DNA from: an archaeon | Lineage (GTDB): Archaea; Undinarchaeota; CAZHTU01; JBDRCC01 | Direction of reading: 5' to 3' | Assembly (NCBI GenBank): GCA_043822065.1 | Contig: JBDRCC010000006.1 | Span: 9,673-73,672 of the forward strand | Length of the DNA stretch: 64,000 nt | Shown: piece by piece, positions 57,455 through 64,000 of the stretch | Position numbering within the stretch: position 1 is the stretch's first letter | Layout: every line of letters begins with the position of its first letter | Program-made: the position numbers and the translations under genes | The notes under the pieces: model-generated | Database searches by the model: none | The model's input: only the letters and a program-made list of their open reading frames with translations | What the model was told of the DNA's origin: nothing

Positions 57455-58116
57455 CAGAAAACACCCCTCAGGTCGTCCACCTTTTCCAGGACGTAGTCCG
57501 CCCCGGCTTCCAGGAGCCTGTCCGTCAGCCCTTTTTTGTCCCCGCAGGTTTCAACGACTCCGACCGCCACATACCCGCCTCTCTTGGCTGCGAGTATGTC
57601 ATCCACACAGTCGCCGACGTACGCCATCTCCTTTCCAATCTCGCCGGCGACGAGGTCCAGCGCCTCGGAGTCAGGCTTCTCTTTGCTCGCGTCCTCCATG
57701 CACTTGAGCGACGAGAAGTAATCCCTCACGCCAAACCGCTTTAGGACGAACTCCGCTTCCGCCCGCGGCCTGCCGGTGGCTATGCCAAGCTTGTACCTTT
57801 TTCTAAGGTACGCAAGAACCTCCTTTCCGACCAGCATCCGCTCGTTGAGTATATAGCCATTCCATTTGTCGCCGAGGTAAATTTTCTGGAACTCTTCGAT
57901 GACCTTCCCGCGGCTGGGTTTCTTTCCAGACTTCCTCCTGATTAGCTCGCAGGCCGCGTCCCAGTCGTTGTTGAACCCGCCGGAGTTTTTTATCTCCTGG
58001 ACATCCCCTGTGGTGCCTTTCACGCCAAATTTCGCCGCAGTCTCCAGTATGGCTTTCCTGTACGACTCCCTGACGTCGACCAGCACCCCGTCCATGTCAA
58101 AGGCTACCGCTTCCAT
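57454..58116 (-). CDS. HAD-superfamily phosphatase embedded in the his operon (candidate histidinol-phosphatase)
   Basis: HAD motif I AFDMDGVLVD, motif II IATG, and motif III/IV K...GDCVDD. It overlaps hisH by 13 nt and hisA by 1 nt. Confidence 0.7.
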   Translation of the reverse strand: MEAVAFDMDGVLVDVRESYRKAILETAAKFGVKGTTGDVQEIKNSGGFNNDWDAACELIRRKSGKKPSRGKVIEEFQKIYLGDKWNGYILNERMLVGKEVLAYLRKRYKLGIATGRPRAEAEFVLKRFGVRDYFSSLKCMEDASKEKPDSEALDLVAGEIGKEMAYVGDCVDDILAAKRGGYVAVGVVETCGDKKGLTDRLLEAGADYVLEKVDDLRGVF

Positions 58117-58646
58117 CTTTCAGCCTCCCGCACGAAATTCCTGAGGACCTGCAGCCCCTGCTCCCCCGACTTTTCAGGGTGGAACTGGACGCCGAAAAGG
58201 TTCTTGTACTCAAGGATTGAGCAGAAGCGCACGCCGTAGTCCGTCCATCCGACACTTCCCTTCTCCGGCTTGCAGTAGTAGGAGTTTGCAAAGTAGAAGT
58301 ATGCCTTCCCCTTGAGCAGCCTTCCGTCCGACTCGACTTCGTTCCAGCCCATCTGCGGCCGCTTCACGCCGTCCGGGAACCTGACCACCCTGCCTGGCAC
58401 CAGCCCGAAGCCCTTGCCGCCCTCCTCGCTTTTCTCAAGCAGGAGCTGCATCCCGAGGCAGATCCCGAGAACAGGGACGTTAGGAAGCTTGACTCCCGAT
58501 ACTGCAGAATAATTGCCGACCCCGGGGAGCACGACAGCGTCCGCGTTTTCAAGGTCCTTCCCAATTCTGACCTCGGCTCCAATCCTCTCAAACGCCTTCC
58601 TGACGCTGTACAGGTTGCCGACGCCGTAGTCGTAAATGAGTATCAT
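58104..58646 (-). CDS. hisH: Imidazole glycerol phosphate synthase, glutaminase subunit
   Basis: LPGVGN, the nucleophile GICLGMQLL, and FHPEKS. Confidence 0.9.
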   Translation of the reverse strand: MILIYDYGVGNLYSVRKAFERIGAEVRIGKDLENADAVVLPGVGNYSAVSGVKLPNVPVLGICLGMQLLLEKSEEGGKGFGLVPGRVVRFPDGVKRPQMGWNEVESDGRLLKGKAYFYFANSYYCKPEKGSVGWTDYGVRFCSILEYKNLFGVQFHPEKSGEQGLQVLRNFVREAERWKR

Positions 58647-59677
58647 TTCATTTCCTCCAGAGCCGCGACCAGCCTCTTGTTCTGCTCCTCAGTCCCGACG
58701 CTTATCCGGATGTACTCCTTTTCAAATCCTCTCAGCTTCCCGTATTTGCGGATTGATATCCCCTTTGCCATCAGCCGCAAGGAAATTCCCTTCGCGTCAT
58801 CGACCTGGACGAACACGAAGTTCCCGCCGGACGGGTATGCCTTGAGCCCAAGCCGCTTTAGCTCCCTTTCAAGATACGTTCTCCCGCCCTTCACGGCCCT
58901 GACAGTCTTTTGGATAAACTCATCGTCCTCCAGCGCGCCAGCCGCCGCCCTCTGGGCGTACTCGTTGACGCTGTACGGCAGGCGGACCTTGTACATCTGC
59001 CCTACCACTTTCTCAGAGGCAATCGCGTACCCGACCCTCGCCCCAGCCAAGCCATAATCTTTTCCAAGGGACCGCGCAATTATGACATTGTCATACTCAT
59101 CGACAAGCTCCGAAGCGCCGCACCCGGCGAACAGGTAATACGTCTCGTCCACGATGAGGGCGTTCGCCTTTTCCGCTATTTTCCTCAGGTCGCCCATGCC
59201 GACCACCGTCCCTGTCGGGTTGTTCGGGTTGCAGACGACTGCCAGCTTCGTTTTATCCGAGATGGCATCGAGATAGCGCCCCGCGTCGAAGCTGAAGCCC
59301 TTCCCCAATGGGACCTCTGCCAGCTTCAATTCCCTCACTTCCGCCAGCTGCCTGTAAATCGGGAAAGTCGGGTACTGCGTGACCAGCCCGTCGCCCTCGC
59401 CGCAGAAGACCTGGAACAGTATCTGCAGGATGTCGTCGCAGCCGTTCCCGACGATTAGCCTCTTCTCTTCAATGCCAAGCTTCTTAGCCAGGGCCGCCCT
59501 CAGTTTCCTGCACTCGACGTCGGGGTAAAGCGCCAGGCTCCCGACGCCTTTCGCAGCCTCAATCGCCCTCCTGCTCGTCCCGAGGGGGTTCTCGTTGTTC
59601 GAAAGCCTGACGACGTCCCTCCTCTCCGAGCCGCCGATGTACGGCGTTATCCTCTCGATGTTTTTCCTGAACTTCAT
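58643..59677 (-). CDS. hisC: Histidinol-phosphate aminotransferase
   Basis: RLSNNENPLG, NPNNPTG and the SLGKDYGLAGARVGY Lys motif. ATG 59677 forms an ATGA with the hisD stop. The 95-codon upstream extension in the ORF track overlaps hisD. Confidence 0.9.
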   Translation of the reverse strand: MKFRKNIERITPYIGGSERRDVVRLSNNENPLGTSRRAIEAAKGVGSLALYPDVECRKLRAALAKKLGIEEKRLIVGNGCDDILQILFQVFCGEGDGLVTQYPTFPIYRQLAEVRELKLAEVPLGKGFSFDAGRYLDAISDKTKLAVVCNPNNPTGTVVGMGDLRKIAEKANALIVDETYYLFAGCGASELVDEYDNVIIARSLGKDYGLAGARVGYAIASEKVVGQMYKVRLPYSVNEYAQRAAAGALEDDEFIQKTVRAVKGGRTYLERELKRLGLKAYPSGGNFVFVQVDDAKGISLRLMAKGISIRKYGKLRGFEKEYIRISVGTEEQNKRLVAALEEMK

Positions 59678-60921
59678 TTCAGCCTCTCCCATACCGACCT
59701 TGCGTGCTCCGGCAGCCCTTCGGCGTCCGCCAGCGTCACAATCGCCCTCCCAATCCTGTTCAAGCCCTCCTTCGATACCTTCTGCCAGGTCACCTTCTTC
59801 AGGAACATATCGACCGACACCCCTGAGCAGAACTTCGCCCCCCCGCCGGTCGGGAGGATGTGGTTCGTGCCTGAGCAGTAGTCCCCAGCCGCGACCGGGC
59901 TGTACTCGCCGACGAAAATCGAGCCTGCGTTCCTTATCCTGCCGAGGATGTCCTTCCGGCACACTATCTCCAGGTGCTCCGGCGCATACCTGTTAGCGAA
60001 CTTCACTGCGTCGTCGATGGACTTGACTATGAGGATGTAGCTGTACCTCTCAAGCGACTTCTCGAGCATGTCCCTCCTCGGGCTCTCCCTGACCAGCTCG
60101 TCCACCCTCCTGCCCACCCTTTCCGCCAGGTTCCTGTCCGGCGTGACCAGGACAGCAGCCGAGTCCGGGCCGTGCTCCGCCTGGGCGAGAAGGTCGCACG
60201 CGATAAAGTCCGGGTTCGCCGAGTTGTCCGCGATAATCAATACCTCGCTCGGTCCCGCGAAGAAGTCAATCCCCACCGGCACCATCCCCTTCGCGGCTGA
60301 GACGTAGACGTTCCCCGGGCCGACTATCTTGTCAACCTTGGGGACGGTTTCCGTGCCGTACGCCATCGCGCCAATCGCCTGCACTCCGCCCACTGCAAAG
60401 ACCCTGTCCGCGCCGGCAATCTCGCACGCCGCAAGCGTTACGTCGTTGACCTTCCCGTCGGAGTTCGGCGGGGTGCAGACGATGACCTCCTCCACGCCGG
60501 CGACCTTGGCAGGCACGACGCCCATCAGGACTGTCGAGGGGTAGAACGCCCTCCCGCCCGGGACGTAGCACCCGACCCTCCTCAGCGGGATTACCTTTGT
60601 CCCGAGCTCGATGCCCTTCTTCCCCATGTAATCAGCTTTAGGCATCTGGACTTCGGCGAAGCTCCTTATGCTCCCTGCCGCAAACCTGAGCGAGTCGAGG
60701 ATGTCCTTTGGAATCCGCTTCACGGAGGCTCTTACGTCCTTCCGCCCGACCTCAATGCCAGCAGGCTCCACGCCGTCAAACTTTTGCGTGTATTTCCTCA
60801 GGGCGGAATCGCCGCCCTTTTGGACGTCATCGAGAATGCCTTGGACGCCCTTCTTGATGCCTTCCAAATCCGCGTCCGCCCGCTTCAGGAGCCCGTCGCC
60901 TATTTTCTCGACCACCTTCAT
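59674..60921 (-). CDS. hisD: Histidinol dehydrogenase
   Basis: GGVQAIGAMAYGT, AGPSEVLIIAD, LLAQAEHGPDS and GDYCSGTNHILPT motifs. ATG 60921 forms an ATGA with the hisG stop. Confidence 0.9.
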   Translation of the reverse strand: MKVVEKIGDGLLKRADADLEGIKKGVQGILDDVQKGGDSALRKYTQKFDGVEPAGIEVGRKDVRASVKRIPKDILDSLRFAAGSIRSFAEVQMPKADYMGKKGIELGTKVIPLRRVGCYVPGGRAFYPSTVLMGVVPAKVAGVEEVIVCTPPNSDGKVNDVTLAACEIAGADRVFAVGGVQAIGAMAYGTETVPKVDKIVGPGNVYVSAAKGMVPVGIDFFAGPSEVLIIADNSANPDFIACDLLAQAEHGPDSAAVLVTPDRNLAERVGRRVDELVRESPRRDMLEKSLERYSYILIVKSIDDAVKFANRYAPEHLEIVCRKDILGRIRNAGSIFVGEYSPVAAGDYCSGTNHILPTGGGAKFCSGVSVDMFLKKVTWQKVSKEGLNRIGRAIVTLADAEGLPEHARSVWERLK

Positions 60922-61505
60922 AGCAGCCCCTCCAGCTTCCTTGCGAACGCAGAAGCCTCTTTCCCGTTCCCCCTGGAGACCAGCCTCGCGCTCGACTCCA
61001 GCAGGGTGTCCAAAACGACCAGCCTGTTCTCCATCAGCGTCCTCCCCGAGCTCGTCAGGTCCACGATATAATCCGCCATCCCGAGCCTGATAGTGTTCTC
61101 GACCGCGCCTGAGACCCTCACTATACGCGCTTCGATGCCCTTCTGCCTGAAGTATTTCCTCGCGAGGTTGGGGAAGCTCGTCGCAACCCTCGGCTTCTGC
61201 CCAATCCCCGCAAGGCTTGAGCCTATCTGCCCCGCCAGCACCAGCCTGCACTTCCCGAAGCCCAGGTCCAGCAGGCTCCTGAGCCTGACGCCGCTCTCCC
61301 TTGCCACGTCGTAGCCGGTTATACCTAGCTGCGCCGCCCCCTCCTCCAGGACGACGGGCACGTCCTGCGCCCTGACCAGCGCCGCCTCGTAGTTCCCGGC
61401 ATAGGAGAAGAGCTTCCTGCCGCTGAAGGAAAACCCCAGCCTCTCGAGCAGCCTCTTCGAAGGCTCGCAAAGCACGCCCTTGTTCGGAATCGCAACCCTA
61501 ATCAT
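60918..61505 (-). CDS. hisG: ATP phosphoribosyltransferase, short form (~195 aa)
   Basis: IRVAIPNKG...LVRAQDVPVVLEEGAAQLGITG.D...VDLTSSGRTL. It lacks the C-terminal regulatory domain. ATG 61505 with an AGGTGGT SD. Confidence 0.85.
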   Translation of the reverse strand: MIRVAIPNKGVLCEPSKRLLERLGFSFSGRKLFSYAGNYEAALVRAQDVPVVLEEGAAQLGITGYDVARESGVRLRSLLDLGFGKCRLVLAGQIGSSLAGIGQKPRVATSFPNLARKYFRQKGIEARIVRVSGAVENTIRLGMADYIVDLTSSGRTLMENRLVVLDTLLESSARLVSRGNGKEASAFARKLEGLL

Positions 61506-61542
61506 AGTACCACCTAACAGTGAACGCAACCACCCGTTTGGT

Positions 61543-61549
61543 AAAAAAA
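61543..61549 (-). terminator. T7 run immediately 3' of tRNA-His
   Basis: The minus sense reads ...CCGGCC-CTTCG-TTTTTTT-ACC, 5 nt after the discriminator base. This is an archaeal-type oligo-T terminator, and it could also act as a weak TATA for hisG. Confidence 0.4.
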
Positions 61550-61554
61550 CGAAG

Positions 61555-61626
61555 GGCCGGAGGCGGGAGTCGAACCCGCGTCACCGGATCCACAGTCCGG
61601 TAGGATACCGCTACCCCACTCCAGCC
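61555..61626 (-). tRNA. tRNA-His (anticodon GUG) with genome-encoded G-1
   Basis: Manual fold: G(-1) GCUGGAG UG GGGU-AGCGGUA-UCCU A CCGGA-CUGUGGA-UCCGG UGAC GCGGG-UUCGACU-CCCGC CUCCGGC C. The acceptor stem has 7 bp with one G-U, and C73 lies opposite G-1. CCA is not encoded and there is no intron. Confidence 0.85.
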
Positions 61627-61782
61627 ACCTGACCGTAAGGGAGCAATCCGTCAAAAACAGTTCCCACTGTATGCGCCCCCCTTCAATGAAGGCAATCACA
61701 TCTAGTGTAGCTTATTAGTTTCGCCATTTTCTTGTGGGAAAAACGTGGGAATATATTTGGGGCAGGTTGTATATAAATGTTT

Positions 61783-62622
61783 CTAGAGCTCACGCCTTTC
61801 TGCCGGCGTCGCGGCGTCAAGCGATTGTGCAACCTCAACAAGGTGCTTGACCAAATCCTTCTCCGACTCAAGGAATTTGTGCGCCAGGTAGTAAACCCCG
61901 TCCGTTTTCTCTTTTAGGTGGATGTGCCTGAGCTCGTGCTCTGCGTTTTCAATAGCGCCCCTGAACCGGGAAAACGCTTCATGGTCGTAAAGCCTGTGCT
62001 TGGCTTGGTGGTATACTAGCGCCATCATATCCTTGTAGAACTGCCTGCCCTCATGATGGAAACGGTTCCCAAACAGGTAGGGCCACCTATGCATTATCAG
62101 CCCCTTCATGGCATTCTTATCCGCATGCTTTAGCATGCTGCCGATAAACCCGACGGCAAATCCCTTGTGCAGCTCATAGAGGCCCTTTCTCCCTATCCTG
62201 TCGCAGAGGAGCGATATCGTGCTGTACTCGTTTGTCAGCTCGACATACATGTTGTAGGCGAATCCAAACACGGGCGAGCCTTCGGGCACAATCGTGTGTA
62301 AAACGTATGGTCCCTCATGATGCGCTTTCCCAAAAACTGTGTCTTGCTTCAGGTGGCCGACCTCGTGGTAGATCTGGTATTCCATATTGGCCCAGAACTG
62401 CTTGTCCCCCTCCTTACTGAAGTCCTGGTGCTGGTCAGCAAGGTAGGTGTTTACTACCAAGGACTTTTCGCCGTCCGAAATGTTAACCTGCGCAAAGGTG
62501 CTCTCCCTGTCCCGCCCTATCTCCTTGAACTCCATCGGGGCGATGCCACTTTGGGCGAGCTTCCAGTCCCTTACCGCTCTGCTATAGAATCCTCTTGTGA
62601 GCTCCTTCAGCCCGTCATTCAT
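61783..62622 (-). CDS. Hypothetical protein with an HExxH motif (possible metallopeptidase)
   Basis: A single YHEVGH motif in a 279-aa soluble protein. No further family assignment. Confidence 0.45.
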   Translation of the reverse strand: MNDGLKELTRGFYSRAVRDWKLAQSGIAPMEFKEIGRDRESTFAQVNISDGEKSLVVNTYLADQHQDFSKEGDKQFWANMEYQIYHEVGHLKQDTVFGKAHHEGPYVLHTIVPEGSPVFGFAYNMYVELTNEYSTISLLCDRIGRKGLYELHKGFAVGFIGSMLKHADKNAMKGLIMHRWPYLFGNRFHHEGRQFYKDMMALVYHQAKHRLYDHEAFSRFRGAIENAEHELRHIHLKEKTDGVYYLAHKFLESEKDLVKHLVEVAQSLDAATPAERREL

Positions 62623-62766
62623 AGTAGCTACTTGTCGAAAGAGGTATAAAAAGACTTCTGGCGGGGCTCACGCTGCCCTTGCCCTATGCTGACGGCTCGG
62701 GCGCCTCTTTATTTTCCATATTGAAAATATTTCCTGAAAAACCCCCCGAGAACCATTATAAACATT

Positions 62767-63378
62767 ATGCCCCTAAACAGCCCCATGCCAAAGCCCAAGA
62801 AACCCGAAAAGAAGCCAAAGAGCCCGCTCATCGCGGCTATACTCAGCTTCCTAATCCCCGGGCTCGGCCAGCTCTACAAGGGCGAGGGCAGGCTGGCGCT
62901 CCTCATGTTCCTGGCATGGGCGGCAGTCACCCTCGTTGCCAGGGTGGGCATTGTGGTTTCCATAATATGCGCCTGGGACGCCTACACGGGGCGGATATCC
63001 GGCTCCTTCTACGGCAGGAAGACGGCGCCCGCGGAAAGGCGCGCGGAAAGGGCGCCGGCAAAGCCGACGCCGAAGAGGCTCAAGGTCTCCAAGCCCAAGC
63101 CCGCCGCGGAAGAGAGCCCGGAGAAGGTCCTCGTCCGGACGCTCCTCGACGTCGCCGTGGAAAACGACTACTACAAGGTCCAGCTGATAACCAACAGGAT
63201 GGCCGAGAGGTACCCGGAGGAGCAGGATTGGCTTAATACTAAGTGGGTCGGCAGGGCGCTGAACGAGCTCGGCTTCACGGAGAGGCGGAGGCAGCGCTCG
63301 GGGATGCAGGTCAGGCTGTCGCCGGAGACGGTCAGGGAGACGGCGCGGAAACTTGGGGTGCTCGTTTATAGACAGTAG
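62767..63378 (+). CDS. Membrane protein with a basic linker and C-terminal helical domain
   Basis: N-terminal two-helix membrane module (LIAAILSFLIPGLGQLYKG...), a K/P/A-rich linker and a C-terminal ~90-aa globular part. Confidence 0.5.
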   Translation: MPLNSPMPKPKKPEKKPKSPLIAAILSFLIPGLGQLYKGEGRLALLMFLAWAAVTLVARVGIVVSIICAWDAYTGRISGSFYGRKTAPAERRAERAPAKPTPKRLKVSKPKPAAEESPEKVLVRTLLDVAVENDYYKVQLITNRMAERYPEEQDWLNTKWVGRALNELGFTERRRQRSGMQVRLSPETVRETARKLGVLVYRQ

Positions 63379-63467
63379 TTATGTATAATTTACTACCTCA
63401 TATCGGGCATTCTTCGAGAGGGTCATAGGAAAACTTATTAAGTACAAAACAATAACTCAGATAAGAT

Positions 63468-64000
63468 ATGTACCTTAGAATAAATTCGGTTAGCAATGAG
63501 ATTCGCTTCAAGGAGAGTATACTAAAGAATTTTAATTACTGGCTAAAGCACAATAATAAATTCGCAGAGTTTTTCAATCCAGCGAAGTGTCATCCACTAA
63601 CACTAGATCTGAAACTTGTCAAATTAGTAACCTTCGTATCACGCGATTTAAATATCCCTATCTCATGGAGCTGGTATAAATATGGTCCCGCTGTTGTTAG
63701 AACTAGTAAGATCTCTGTTGAAAGTCTATTGACGTTAGGCAGTTCCAAGGAATTCATTAAAGACATGGGTCCTTCATTTGAGACGAACTATAGCGAGTTT
63801 ATTAAATACCCAGATATTTTCTCTTATCTAAACTTCGTTTACTCTGAAAAAGATGAAAACGAGATGTATCTATCAAAATTACAACTATTTAATGCATTTG
63901 ATACTGCAAAATCAAATATATACGGGTCTAAAAAAATAGAGTATGATACCATCTCAGATCTAACCTCTCAATTTCATTTGGATCTACATAGTACTGTTGT
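63468..64000 (+). CDS. Hypothetical protein, 3'-truncated by the window edge, in a ~30 % GC segment
   Basis: The frame is open from ATG 63468 to the window end (177 codons: MYLRINSVSNEIRFKESILKNFNYWLKHNN...). It is absent from the ORF track because no stop is reached. Confidence 0.5.
   Translation, partial: MYLRINSVSNEIRFKESILKNFNYWLKHNNKFAEFFNPAKCHPLTLDLKLVKLVTFVSRDLNIPISWSWYKYGPAVVRTSKISVESLLTLGSSKEFIKDMGPSFETNYSEFIKYPDIFSYLNFVYSEKDENEMYLSKLQLFNAFDTAKSNIYGSKKIEYDTISDLTSQFHLDLHSTV

Noticed and set aside
59678-61470. Long N-terminal extensions of the hisC (to 59962) and hisD (to 61470) ORFs given in the track
   Set aside because: The extensions overlap the upstream genes in another frame and are R/G-rich. 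Conserved protein N-termini begin at internal ATGs that form ATGA stop/start overlaps (59677 and 60921).
61683-61760. A 14-codon mini-ORF (MAKLISYTRCDCLH) upstream of tRNA-His as a his-type attenuator leader peptide
   Set aside because: It contains a single His codon and no run of His codons. No alternative terminator/antiterminator hairpins are evident.

Overview
This is a 64-kb chromosomal segment of an archaeon with about 55-60 % GC. The archaeal assignment rests on an EndA tRNA-splicing endonuclease, Sec61-beta, an RNase P RNA, form III-like RuBisCO, ADP-forming acetyl-CoA synthetase, and TATA-box/leaderless promoters mixed with GGTG-type SD sites. Nt 1-24.3 kb is dominated by two surface-protein loci: a protein of more than 3,500 aa cut by the window edge, and an 1829-aa plus 597-aa operon. 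A GlmU-like/tmk/endA operon and gdhA lie between them. Nt 24-30 kb carries a ClC channel, Sec61-beta (missed by the ORF track), RuBisCO and purC. Nt 30.09-35.66 kb is the most unusual part. It is a lower-GC block of five small gene units: two wHTH-MNT/HEPN pairs, a GNAT-like gene, Fur plus a membrane protein, and a ferritin-like pseudogene plus an alpha/beta hydrolase. The units are separated by co-oriented repeats whose core copies the CR-V/3' end of the RNase P RNA gene (rnpB, 35627-35938, minus strand), which bounds the block. I found no recombinase in the window. Nt 36-44.6 kb holds transporters, housekeeping genes, a frameshifted RNase J-like gene and an orphan SPPY DNA methyltransferase. 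Nt 44.6-53 kb is an amino-acid fermentation module: two ARO8-type aminotransferases, a domain-permuted ADP-forming acyl-CoA synthetase and a delta-alpha-beta-gamma 2-oxoacid:ferredoxin oxidoreductase. Nt 53.1-54.8 kb has an AbrB-ACT fusion, a PIN gene and an RHH gene in a non-canonical layout. Nt 54.9-61.5 kb is a tightly overlapping nine-gene histidine operon with tRNA-His(GUG) immediately upstream. At 63.38 kb the GC content drops abruptly to about 30 %. Many long ORFs in the track are antisense shadows of GC-rich genes. All calls come from motif reading only; no searches were run.
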